Shown here: positions 1 to 7,916 of the stretch, piece after piece
Position numbering within the stretch: position 1 is the first letter of the stretch
Layout: each line of letters starts with the position of its first letter
NCBI GenBank assembly: GCA_964530035.1
Contig: CAZGXZ010000002.1
Span: 1-33,954, forward strand
Length of the DNA stretch: 33,954 nucleotides
DNA from: an uncultured Methanoregulaceae archaeon
GTDB lineage: Archaea > Halobacteriota > Methanomicrobia > Methanomicrobiales > Methanospirillaceae
Direction: 5' to 3'
Notes under the pieces: model-generated
Told to the model about the DNA's origin: nothing
Database searches by the model: none
Seen by the model: only the letters and a program-made list of their open reading frames with translations
Made by a program: the position numbers and the translations under genes

Positions 1-552
1 AAAGGAATGCGCTTCGAGCCTGTCAAAAAGTGCCCGTTCCATCCTGACCTCCTCGGTCTGGAGGGTGGCAAGAACCCTGTCAACGTCCCGGACCTCCTCG
101 AGGACCGTTTCAAGGTGGTGCAGGGCCTGACGCCCGATCCGGCCAATCCCTGCGACCTCCCTGCGGAGCTCGCGCTTGGCACAGTCCATACAAATTTCCT
201 CCTTGCCATAACGAACCCCGTTCCTGCTATCGACCAGAGTGACACGGTCTTCCATGGCACAGACCCGGCAGAGGCGGACGATGGAAAAGGGGATCTGAAG
301 GTCATGGAGAAACGCTTCAAAGTCCTGGTCGCGCCTGACCAGTTGGATCTCGGCGTTCCTGAGCACCATGACAAGGTCACGGGTGGGTGTATTCCGGTAG
401 TCCTTTTTTCCGGCCCACCTTATCCGATAAGAGACGGGACGGACGCCTTTGGGAGTTTTTGACAGTTCGGTGTAGCCAGTCGCCCGGACCTGCTTCCAGT
501 CTATGAACATCAGCCGGTAATTCCGCTTCTGCGGGGATACAATGACCTTCAT
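1..552 (-). CDS. N-terminal part of a probable archaeal DEAD/DEAH-box helicase; runs off the left edge of the window
   Basis: Not in the ORF track because there is no stop in the window. ATG at 552 overlaps the upstream stop (ATGA). Manual translation MKVIVSPQKRNYRLMFIDWKQVRATGY...LCRVC...EICMDCAKRELRRE...LEEVRDVDRVL is open to base 1. The two CxxC pairs and 'CAKRELRRE' resemble the N-terminus of euryarchaeal helicases; the helicase motifs lie outside the window. Confidence 0.6.
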   Translation of the reverse strand, partial: MKVIVSPQKRNYRLMFIDWKQVRATGYTELSKTPKGVRPVSYRIRWAGKKDYRNTPTRDLVMVLRNAEIQLVRRDQDFEAFLHDLQIPFSIVRLCRVCAMEDRVTLVDSRNGVRYGKEEICMDCAKRELRREVAGIGRIGRQALHHLETVLEEVRDVDRVLATLQTEEVRMERALFDRLEAHSF

Positions 553-1355
553 GAAGTGATCAGGTCATGGATCTGGTACGCAAGGCCGACCTCCTCCAGG
601 CGCTTCAGGAAATCAGTAAACTCCCAGTCGACGATTACGACCACCGGGGATATCCCATGAAAAGCCGCTTCTATCGCACCTTCACGGGAACCAAAAAACA
701 TGTCCGGCTGCCGCCCTGCCCGGGTTAGCGCGATGTATGATTCAAGGCCCACCGCCAGCACGAAACCTGCTCCCTCGATGACGGGTTGGAGGAGGTCGTA
801 CCGGACCTTCCTCGACCCTCCCCGTTCTATCCTCGGGACCTTGCAGACATGGACGGTCCCTTCCCGGTGATCGATGATCCCGTTCAACCGGGATACTCCC
901 ACGTCCTCTCCGGCCCTGGCATCACGTAATACGGTCCCGCTCGCAGAACGATGCTGCCGGGATGCATAGAGCCAGCCGTTCTCCATATAGACCCCTACCT
1001 CTTCACCTGCCTTGAGGTCCTCGTGGGCGACAGCCGCCCATACCGACACCTGGTGAATGATATCACGTCGTACGTGACGGGCATACGTCTCAAGACGCTC
1101 GGTATGAGCAAGAACCCATTCAATCCCTGAACGGGTGACTTCATATCGCCCCCGCCCCTTCGCGCTGACCATCCCCTCTTCCACGAGTTCCCTGATATAC
1201 TCTGAAACGGCCTGGGGCGTGACACCGAGTTTGCCTGCAATCTCCTGCTGCCTGACGGCGGGCTGGTGCTCGGCAATTTCAACGAGGATCTGGAGACGTG
1301 TAACGTCGCGTTTGCTACGAAGAATGGTTGAAAGAGGGTCGTTATCTTGTTCCAT
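549..1355 (-). CDS. Winged-helix (MarR/Crp-like) transcriptional regulator with a C-terminal domain, 268 aa
   Basis: HTH RQQEIAGKLGVTPQAVSEYIRELVEEG. Start moved from 1664 to ATG 1355 (MEQDNDPL) because the upstream extension lies inside the neighbouring gene. Confidence 0.85.
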   Translation of the reverse strand: MEQDNDPLSTILRSKRDVTRLQILVEIAEHQPAVRQQEIAGKLGVTPQAVSEYIRELVEEGMVSAKGRGRYEVTRSGIEWVLAHTERLETYARHVRRDIIHQVSVWAAVAHEDLKAGEEVGVYMENGWLYASRQHRSASGTVLRDARAGEDVGVSRLNGIIDHREGTVHVCKVPRIERGGSRKVRYDLLQPVIEGAGFVLAVGLESYIALTRAGRQPDMFFGSREGAIEAAFHGISPVVVIVDWEFTDFLKRLEEVGLAYQIHDLITS

Positions 1356-1854
1356 CAAGCAGGACCAGACCCTGCCCTTTGACATCCATATGGGGAATAC
1401 GTTTTGCAAGTCCCTTGATGAACATCGGGCTAACATTGAACTTCCGGGCCATGTCGTTGATGGAAGAGCTGCCGTTCCGGAGCTCGGACTCCATCTGTTC
1501 GGCGATGTCCCTGAGGTCCGCGTCGTTCGAACTCGATATGTACAGGAGATCCGACAGCTCGTTGAAGGCACACTGGAAGTTTGCCCTGAACTTGCTGTAT
1601 GATGCATGGAACTCCCGCTCTGGTTTCTTACCGGGTTCAGGCATCCGCCATTTCTCCTCGACAAGGTTCCCCTTGCGCAGGATCATCAGGCAGTCCGATA
1701 CCACACCCGGTTCATAATGACTACACAACTCACCCTCCGTCATCCAACCCCTGATGAGCATGTCATAGATCTCCTTGTGATGGACCTGGTTGAAGGTGAT
1801 AAGCAGCGGCACCAGTTCCACTGCATCATTCACAATCCGGATATGCCCCGTCAA
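1342..1854 (-). CDS. Archaeal ArsR-like transcriptional regulator, 170 aa, TTG start
   Basis: IVNDAVELVPLL and LVEEKWRMPEPGKKPEREFHASYSKFRANFQC match the methanogen ArsR-type family as I recall it; overlaps the next gene by 14 bp. Confidence 0.75.
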   Translation of the reverse strand: MTGHIRIVNDAVELVPLLITFNQVHHKEIYDMLIRGWMTEGELCSHYEPGVVSDCLMILRKGNLVEEKWRMPEPGKKPEREFHASYSKFRANFQCAFNELSDLLYISSSNDADLRDIAEQMESELRNGSSSINDMARKFNVSPMFIKGLAKRIPHMDVKGQGLVLLDGTR

Positions 1855-1911
1855 AAATAAAACCCTATATCTATATTCCTGCTAAAATCAATAAATCTTG
1901 GGTCGAGGGCG

Positions 1912-4131
1912 ATGAAAAAGGGAGGTGTCATCCTCGTGGAAGGTGTTGTCCAGGGGGTTGGATTCCGTCCTTTTGTCTATTCATCGGCCATGAAATTCAG
2001 GATGACCGGTTCGGTCAGAAATCTTGGGGGCACGGTTGAAATAACCGCTTTTGGAAACCGTTTTTCCGAATTTCTTGAAGAGATTAGAAGGGGGCCTCCG
2101 CTTGCCCGCATTGACCGTATAAAGGTACAGGAGATTGAAGGGACACCTCCTGCGTCCTTTACGATAGAACACAGTGAAAAAGGAGTCATTTCAGGGATGA
2201 TCCCCCCTGATGTCGCAATATGTGATGCCTGTCTTTCAGATATCTCGGACCCGGGTGGACGGTATGAAGGATACTGGGCTACCTCCTGTGTGAATTGTGG
2301 CCCCCGATACAGCATTATCAGGGGCATTCCGTACGACAGGGAGCGTACCTCCATGTCTCATTTCGTCATGTGCAGGGCTTGCGGGGTGGAATACCAGGAT
2401 CCCTGCTCACGCCGCCACCACGCCCAGACCATAGCCTGTGCCGCCTGTGGTCCCGCCCTGTCACTCCTTGATGCCCGGGGAAATCCTGTCATCTGCGGGG
2501 ACGTGATAATAAAAGCAGCCGAATTCCTCGATTCAGGATCCCTGGTGGCCATCAGGGGTATAGGCGGGTTTCACCTCTGCTGTACCGAGGAGGGCGCACC
2601 CGAGCTGAAGCGTCGTCTCGGGAGGACTGAACAGGCATTTGCCGTCCTGGTCAGGCCTGATGCAATTGACGGTATAGCAGACGTCAGCCCCGATGAGCGA
2701 AAGGACCTCACCGGCCCTGAAAGGCCTATTGTTGTCCTTGACAAGAGGGATCCTGATGCTCACCGTGCGATCAGCAACCTCCATACAATCGGTTGCATGC
2801 TCCCGTATACCGGGTTTCATCACCTCCTGTTCAGCCATCTGAAGGCCCCGTTTATCGTCATGACCAGTGCAAATGTCCCCGGAGACCCGATGATCACCTC
2901 TATAGACAAGGCTATGGAACGCCTTTCCGGGTCGATTGATTTCTTCCTCACCCACAACCGGCCGATCATCAACCGCTGCGACGATTCGGTCGTAAGAAAC
3001 GGTTTTATCATCCGCCTTTCACGGGGATATGCACCAAAAAGAACCAGGATCAACCTTGGAGACCGGTGCATCCTCGGTGTCGGCCCGGAGCTGAATGCCA
3101 ACATTACCATCTACCGGGATGGTTTCACGACCACGTCTCCTCATATCGGCAATGTCAGGAACCCGGCAACATTCGGTTACCTGAAAGAAACGATACAAAC
3201 GTTTACTGAAATCATGGGCGCGGAATATGACATTATTGCTCATGACCTCCACCCCCAGTTCCTTTCAACCAGGTATGCCCGCGATCTTGCCCGTGAACAT
3301 GGCGCCGTGCTTATCCCTGTCCAGCACCACAAAGCCCATATCGCAGCGGTCACCCGGGAACCGTGTATAGGTATCGCCATTGACGGGGTCGGGTACGGGG
3401 ATGACGGTTCTGTCTGGGGAGGAGAGGTCTTTGCGGGCCAGGTTCCTGATCTGGTCAGGGTGGCACACCTGGAACCGGTTCCCATGCCCGGCGGAGACCT
3501 GGCGACACGCTATCCGGAGAGAATGCTCTACGGGTTCCTGCCAGACGATCTGACCCGCGATCTCCTCATGGAAAGGGGCTGGACTGATCTGGCAATCGGT
3601 GCCATGGACCGGCAGATCACCCGCACCATCAACACGGTCATGACCAGCAGCACCGGGAGGGCGCTTGACGCAGCTTCCGCCCTCCTGGGGATCTGCACTG
3701 AAAAGACCTACGATGGTGAGCCGGCGATGAAACTTGAGTCTGCTGCAGCCTCAGGACATTGCGAGGCATGGGAGGTCCCGGTACATTGTGCCTCAGGTTC
3801 AACGGTCCTCATGACGCGGGAACTGATGCGACAGGCCAGGGAACGGTACCTCGAGGCTGCAGGAGACAGAAGAGCGTCATATGACATTGCTGCTTCCTTC
3901 CAGTACAACCTGGCGCGCGGGATTGCCAGACTGGCGGTTGATGCCGCAGGGACTGCCGGGCTTGATACCGTGGCGGTGAGCGGAGGGGTGGCCATCAACA
4001 GGGCCATACGACACACGATACAGGACGAAATCCAGGGGGCAGGCCTGACCTGCCTTTTCAACCGCGAGTACCCCCTCGGTGACGGCTGTATCTCGTTCGG
4101 GCAGTGCATTACCGCATCTTTTTACGGTTGA
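1912..4131 (+). CDS. hypF: [NiFe]-hydrogenase maturation carbamoyltransferase HypF
   Basis: Acylphosphatase motif GVVQGVGFRPFVY; zinc fingers CDAC, CVNCGPRY, CRAC, CAACGP; YrdC-like TSAN; Kae1-like HDLHPQF, QHHKAH, DGVGYGDDGSVWGGE, PLGDGCISFGQ. Confidence 0.97.
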   Translation: MKKGGVILVEGVVQGVGFRPFVYSSAMKFRMTGSVRNLGGTVEITAFGNRFSEFLEEIRRGPPLARIDRIKVQEIEGTPPASFTIEHSEKGVISGMIPPDVAICDACLSDISDPGGRYEGYWATSCVNCGPRYSIIRGIPYDRERTSMSHFVMCRACGVEYQDPCSRRHHAQTIACAACGPALSLLDARGNPVICGDVIIKAAEFLDSGSLVAIRGIGGFHLCCTEEGAPELKRRLGRTEQAFAVLVRPDAIDGIADVSPDERKDLTGPERPIVVLDKRDPDAHRAISNLHTIGCMLPYTGFHHLLFSHLKAPFIVMTSANVPGDPMITSIDKAMERLSGSIDFFLTHNRPIINRCDDSVVRNGFIIRLSRGYAPKRTRINLGDRCILGVGPELNANITIYRDGFTTTSPHIGNVRNPATFGYLKETIQTFTEIMGAEYDIIAHDLHPQFLSTRYARDLAREHGAVLIPVQHHKAHIAAVTREPCIGIAIDGVGYGDDGSVWGGEVFAGQVPDLVRVAHLEPVPMPGGDLATRYPERMLYGFLPDDLTRDLLMERGWTDLAIGAMDRQITRTINTVMTSSTGRALDAASALLGICTEKTYDGEPAMKLESAAASGHCEAWEVPVHCASGSTVLMTRELMRQARERYLEAAGDRRASYDIAASFQYNLARGIARLAVDAAGTAGLDTVAVSGGVAINRAIRHTIQDEIQGAGLTCLFNREYPLGDGCISFGQCITASFYG

Positions 4132-4137
4132 ACCTAT

Positions 4138-5736
4138 TCAAAGGCCTTTCTGCCATTCCCTCACCACGGCGATAAGGCCTTCAGGTCGTTCCTTCCGTAC
4201 GTCAACCTCCCCGAGGTAGACGGCCCCGGTTGTTCCGTCAAGACTGATCACATCTCCAGATGCAATCCTCGTCCCGGCTATGCTGCAACCCGACCCGTTG
4301 TCTTCAATTATCAGGTCCCGGCACCCGATGACACAGGCTTTCCCAAGGTGACGTGCCACAACCGCTGCATGGGAGGTCCGCGATCCCTCCCGGGTGAGGA
4401 TACCTCCCGACGCGATGATTCCCGCCATGTCATCAGGGGAAGCGGTTTCCCGGATCAGGATAACCGGGCCATCCCGAGAAGCCCTGACGGCCTCTTCTGA
4501 TGAGAAGACTGCCCGCCCGGATGCAATACCCGATGATGCAGGGATCCCGGTATATAAGGGATCGCCTGGTGAGCTGACCAGGTTTTCGAAGACGGTATCC
4601 AGGTCAATATCCCGAAGGTGGAGGAGGGCATCGTCGGAGGTGATAATTCCCTCGCGGCACAGGTCAACCGCGATCCGCAGAGCTGCAAGAGGGGCACGCT
4701 TTCCCGCACGCGCCTGGAGTATGAACAGGCGTCCTTCCTGGATGGTGAACTCGATGTCCTGCATATCATGAAAGACGGTCTCAAGCCTCCGGCCTATCTG
4801 GTCCAGCTCTTCTGCACTGCCGGGCATGGTTTCACTCAAAGGGAGGAATGACGCTGTTGCCCGTCCCGATACAACATCCTCCCCCTGACCGCCATACACA
4901 AAATCAATGACCGGATAGGGGGCTCCGTCCGACGGGTCGCGGGTGAAAAGGACACCGGAGCCTGAACGGGGACCGGCATTGCCAAAGACCATCGCCTGCA
5001 CAGTAACGGCGGTCCCTTTCATACCGGAAAGGGGGGCAACGCCCCGGTATGCCACGGCACGCGGTGCGTTCCAAGACGCGAGAACCGTTTCGGTCGCCAT
5101 GATGATCTGTTCCTGCGGGTCTGCCGGGAAGGTATCACCCGTTTTAACGCGGTAGATTCGTTCCAGGGTTTCTGCGAGGCCGGAAAGAGCCATCGCATCA
5201 AGATCCCGGATATCCTCTGCACCTGCTGATCTGCAGGCATTCTCCCATGCGTCGTGATAGGATGCGGCATCGTGGGAATGTACCACCGTTCCAAACTGTT
5301 CGATGAGACGGCAGTACGAATTCCATGCAAGACGCGGGTTTCCATACATTACGGTGAAGCCCCGGATAGTCTCCCGAGATAGCCCCACATTTAATACCGT
5401 TTCCATCATTCCGGGCATAGACGTCGCCGCCCCGGATCTGACTGATACGAGGAGGGGGCGCCTCCTGCTGCCGAACTGGCACCCGGTCACCTCCTCGAGG
5501 AAACGAATCCCCTCATGGAGCAGTCCTGGTATATCCGGTGGGATTACCTTCCCTGAACTGAAGTACTGCTCGCATATGGAGACGTTCAGGGCAAACCCAG
5601 GGGGGACAGGGATTCCTATGGCCGCCATACGGGCGAGGTGGGCGGCTTTGGCACCAAACCATCCAGGTTCAGGTATCCCGGGAACACCCGGGCCGAAGGT
5701 CATGATCCGCGGTCCTTCCTGTTCCATGGGGATCAC
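4138..5736 (-). CDS. Pyruvate,phosphate dikinase-like protein with nucleotide-binding and phospho-His domains only (no C-terminal pyruvate/PEP domain), 532 aa
   Basis: GAKAAHL, PVPPGF, LLVSVRSGAATSMPGMMETVLNVGL, VQAMVFGN, GEDVVSG, DMQDIEFTIQEGRLFILQAR, and His motif GSRTSHAAVVAR. Ends after SLDGTTGAVYLGE...VREW. GTG start overlaps the upstream stop (GTGA). Confidence 0.9.
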   Translation of the reverse strand: MIPMEQEGPRIMTFGPGVPGIPEPGWFGAKAAHLARMAAIGIPVPPGFALNVSICEQYFSSGKVIPPDIPGLLHEGIRFLEEVTGCQFGSRRRPLLVSVRSGAATSMPGMMETVLNVGLSRETIRGFTVMYGNPRLAWNSYCRLIEQFGTVVHSHDAASYHDAWENACRSAGAEDIRDLDAMALSGLAETLERIYRVKTGDTFPADPQEQIIMATETVLASWNAPRAVAYRGVAPLSGMKGTAVTVQAMVFGNAGPRSGSGVLFTRDPSDGAPYPVIDFVYGGQGEDVVSGRATASFLPLSETMPGSAEELDQIGRRLETVFHDMQDIEFTIQEGRLFILQARAGKRAPLAALRIAVDLCREGIITSDDALLHLRDIDLDTVFENLVSSPGDPLYTGIPASSGIASGRAVFSSEEAVRASRDGPVILIRETASPDDMAGIIASGGILTREGSRTSHAAVVARHLGKACVIGCRDLIIEDNGSGCSIAGTRIASGDVISLDGTTGAVYLGEVDVRKERPEGLIAVVREWQKGL

Positions 5737-7685
5737 CGGTTCAGTTGTTCAAGCAGGGAGTCCCGGAGTATAAAGCCTGCTTTCATAAGGGCATTCGTTG
5801 ACTCCTCTATCATCCTCCCACACTCGAATGCCGCCCGGAACTCCTTGTAATCAGTGCTTTCCATGAAGGTAAGGTTGGACATCTTCCGCAGCCCTTCATC
5901 CGCATTATGTTCAAGTGACGCAACCCTGTCGACCGCCTCAAGGAACTCCTGCAGGTCTTCACGGCTGCCCCTGGCCTGGACCTCCTCGGCTGCATAGAGT
6001 GCCTTGAGAAACTCCCGTGACGCACTCAGGCTGTCCTCTGCAAGGAGGGTTAGTGATTTCTGGATCTTTACCGAGCGGACATGCCCCCCGACAAGTGTTG
6101 TGAAAAAGGCAGCCTCCTCAAGGGCGTCGATGGCATCATCCATCATGATGATCAGCCCTGCATAGAACTCCGCCGTCTCAACCCTGTGGGAGAGGGCCCT
6201 GACCTGCGAAACAATGAAATCGGCGTCGCTCTCCCAGCCCTTCACCCTGGCAGAAAGGTCGGGGCGCATCTCCCCGGCCGCACCACGTTCGATCCAGAGG
6301 AGGGTATCCCGCACGGCTGTGGCGACCTCGACCGTCAGGGTGGCATGGACCTGGCATCTCCCGATGAGGTCTTCATGGGCTGATCGGAAGGACCCAAGGA
6401 GCTCTGCCTTGATCTCATCGGAAATGAGCAGTCGTGACAGCTTCCTGCTCAGGCCCTCAGAGGAGAGGGCGAGGACCCTGCAGATAAAGGAGAAGGTCTT
6501 CTCACGTCCAAGGATGGAATGAAGCGGTTCTCCATACTTCAGGGGCATGTGGGCAGTCAGCTCAAGCGCGTCATACACCAGCCGCTCTCCTCCGAGCTCG
6601 AGAAAGGCCATGTGCCCTACTTCCTTATCGGCAGCCCATTTGAGAGCGGCAATGGCATCACGGTTTGGGAGGAAGTTTCTCAGGCGTTTCCTTGCCCTGT
6701 TCCAGTCGATCAGAAAGACAAGCCTGGAACCAAGGTAGGTAAGAAAGCGGGACAGTTCTAGAGGATTTGCCGCGTTGTACCGGCCTACGGACAGGTGGAA
6801 CAGGTCAGTATTCAGTTTACTCCCTCCCTGCCGCGAACGGGTCTCCTGCCATGTCACCCCCTGAGACTCGAACAGTCCCTGGAAGAACACGAGGCGGTTC
6901 AGATGGACATCACTGTATGTAATCGTTACTTCTCTTTCGCTGATGTTTATGACAATGACATGTGCATCCGTCATCCCGATGTCATTCTGCAGGACGAGGT
7001 GGTCTCCGCTCCGTGTCGCCGTCGTGGTCAGTCCGGGGTGGGCAAACCTCAGGGGGGCGGTACGGTTGACTCCTGTCATGAATGCCCTGACCAGGACGCG
7101 GTCATCTTCAGAGAGCATATAGGCCCGTGCCCCGTCGATGACCTCTGTCGATAACCCGGCCTGGACCGTGTTGAGGGCCTTGTGGAGGTCCATCACGAGG
7201 AGGTGGAGGCTGTCACCTGCCCGGGAGTCCCCTGATGTCACGGCACGGATGGCAGAACCGCTGATAACACAGTCCTCTGCCTTGGGCAACAAGGTATAGA
7301 GGCTATCCTTGCGACGTTCAAATCCTGCAGCGCTTTCCGGGTCTGCAATAGATACCGGACGGATCATGGCCTCAAGCGAGTCGCCTATCCTCATGACGAT
7401 CTCGTTGGACATCGGGATGAAAATGGTGGTCTGGCTGACGGCCTTTGACCCTCCAACGACATGGTCCAGCCGGGAATCGCGTATCCCCGAGGCTTCACGC
7501 TCAGTCCTGAGCGGAGGATACCTTCCTTCAGGGTTCGACGCTCTCTGGGCGGCTGTCTGAAGGAGGGAGAAATAATACTTGATCCGGTCGTTGGCTGCCA
7601 GGGCTTCATTGACCAGTGCCGGAAGGAGGAGTTCCGCGGCACCAAGTTCCTCGACAATGCCGGTCTTCGCGGTCACGTTCTTCAC
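5733..7685 (-). CDS. Large protein with an uncharacterised N-terminal region and a C-terminal DUF47/PhoU-like (phosphate transport regulator) helical domain
   Basis: The C-terminal ~210 aa carry paired ExxAD / DxxDxxE motifs (WESDAD, MDDAIDALEEAA, LEHNAD) typical of DUF47/PhoU bundles. Start is GTG 7685 or GTG 7676. Confidence 0.7.
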   Translation of the reverse strand: MKNVTAKTGIVEELGAAELLLPALVNEALAANDRIKYYFSLLQTAAQRASNPEGRYPPLRTEREASGIRDSRLDHVVGGSKAVSQTTIFIPMSNEIVMRIGDSLEAMIRPVSIADPESAAGFERRKDSLYTLLPKAEDCVISGSAIRAVTSGDSRAGDSLHLLVMDLHKALNTVQAGLSTEVIDGARAYMLSEDDRVLVRAFMTGVNRTAPLRFAHPGLTTTATRSGDHLVLQNDIGMTDAHVIVINISEREVTITYSDVHLNRLVFFQGLFESQGVTWQETRSRQGGSKLNTDLFHLSVGRYNAANPLELSRFLTYLGSRLVFLIDWNRARKRLRNFLPNRDAIAALKWAADKEVGHMAFLELGGERLVYDALELTAHMPLKYGEPLHSILGREKTFSFICRVLALSSEGLSRKLSRLLISDEIKAELLGSFRSAHEDLIGRCQVHATLTVEVATAVRDTLLWIERGAAGEMRPDLSARVKGWESDADFIVSQVRALSHRVETAEFYAGLIIMMDDAIDALEEAAFFTTLVGGHVRSVKIQKSLTLLAEDSLSASREFLKALYAAEEVQARGSREDLQEFLEAVDRVASLEHNADEGLRKMSNLTFMESTDYKEFRAAFECGRMIEESTNALMKAGFILRDSLLEQLNR

Positions 7686-7704
7686 GTGAAGGAATGACAG
7701 GGGG

Positions 7705-7712
7705 TGTATAAA
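7705..7712 (-). promoter_or_regulatory. Putative TATA box for the DUF47-like/PPDK-like operon
   Basis: TTTATACA on the minus strand, 20-27 nt upstream of GTG 7685, consistent with a leaderless or short-leader archaeal transcript. Confidence 0.5.
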
Positions 7713-7866
7713 TAGATGCAGTACGGGACAGCAGCAACCTTTGTTTTCGGATTCACAAAAAACGGTCTTCCAGGGCTTGTACGAAAGCTATGGATGGCGG
7801 CTGGTGAAACTTCTTATAAAACCGGATCACATAGGAAACATTTTCAGCCCTTCAGGACCTCCCACG

Positions 7867-7885
7867 CCGCCTGGCCGGCAGGCGG
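7867..7885. terminator. Small GC-rich hairpin downstream of the PEGA gene; possible 3' end signal
   Basis: CCGCCTG-GCCGG-CAGGCGG inverted repeat about 30 nt past the stop at 7917, with a minus-strand T run just after the stop. Confidence 0.3.
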
Positions 7886-7916
7886 GCTCATAAGACCGAT
7901 GAAAAAGAGTATGTGG

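Noticed and set aside
7..462. 151-aa plus-strand ORF
   Set aside because: Shadow of the minus-strand gene starting at 552, which has family-like motifs and translational coupling.
4138..5736. Calling the gene an ordinary ppdK or a ppdK pseudogene
   Set aside because: The pyruvate domain is absent with no frameshifted remnant, yet the catalytic motifs are intact and the end falls at a domain boundary. Neither label is supported, although decay cannot be excluded without homologues.
7681..7690. TTCACGTGAA palindrome at the start of the DUF47-like gene as a phosphate box
   Set aside because: A single 10-bp palindrome is expected by chance, and resemblance to the yeast Pho4 site has no basis in archaea.
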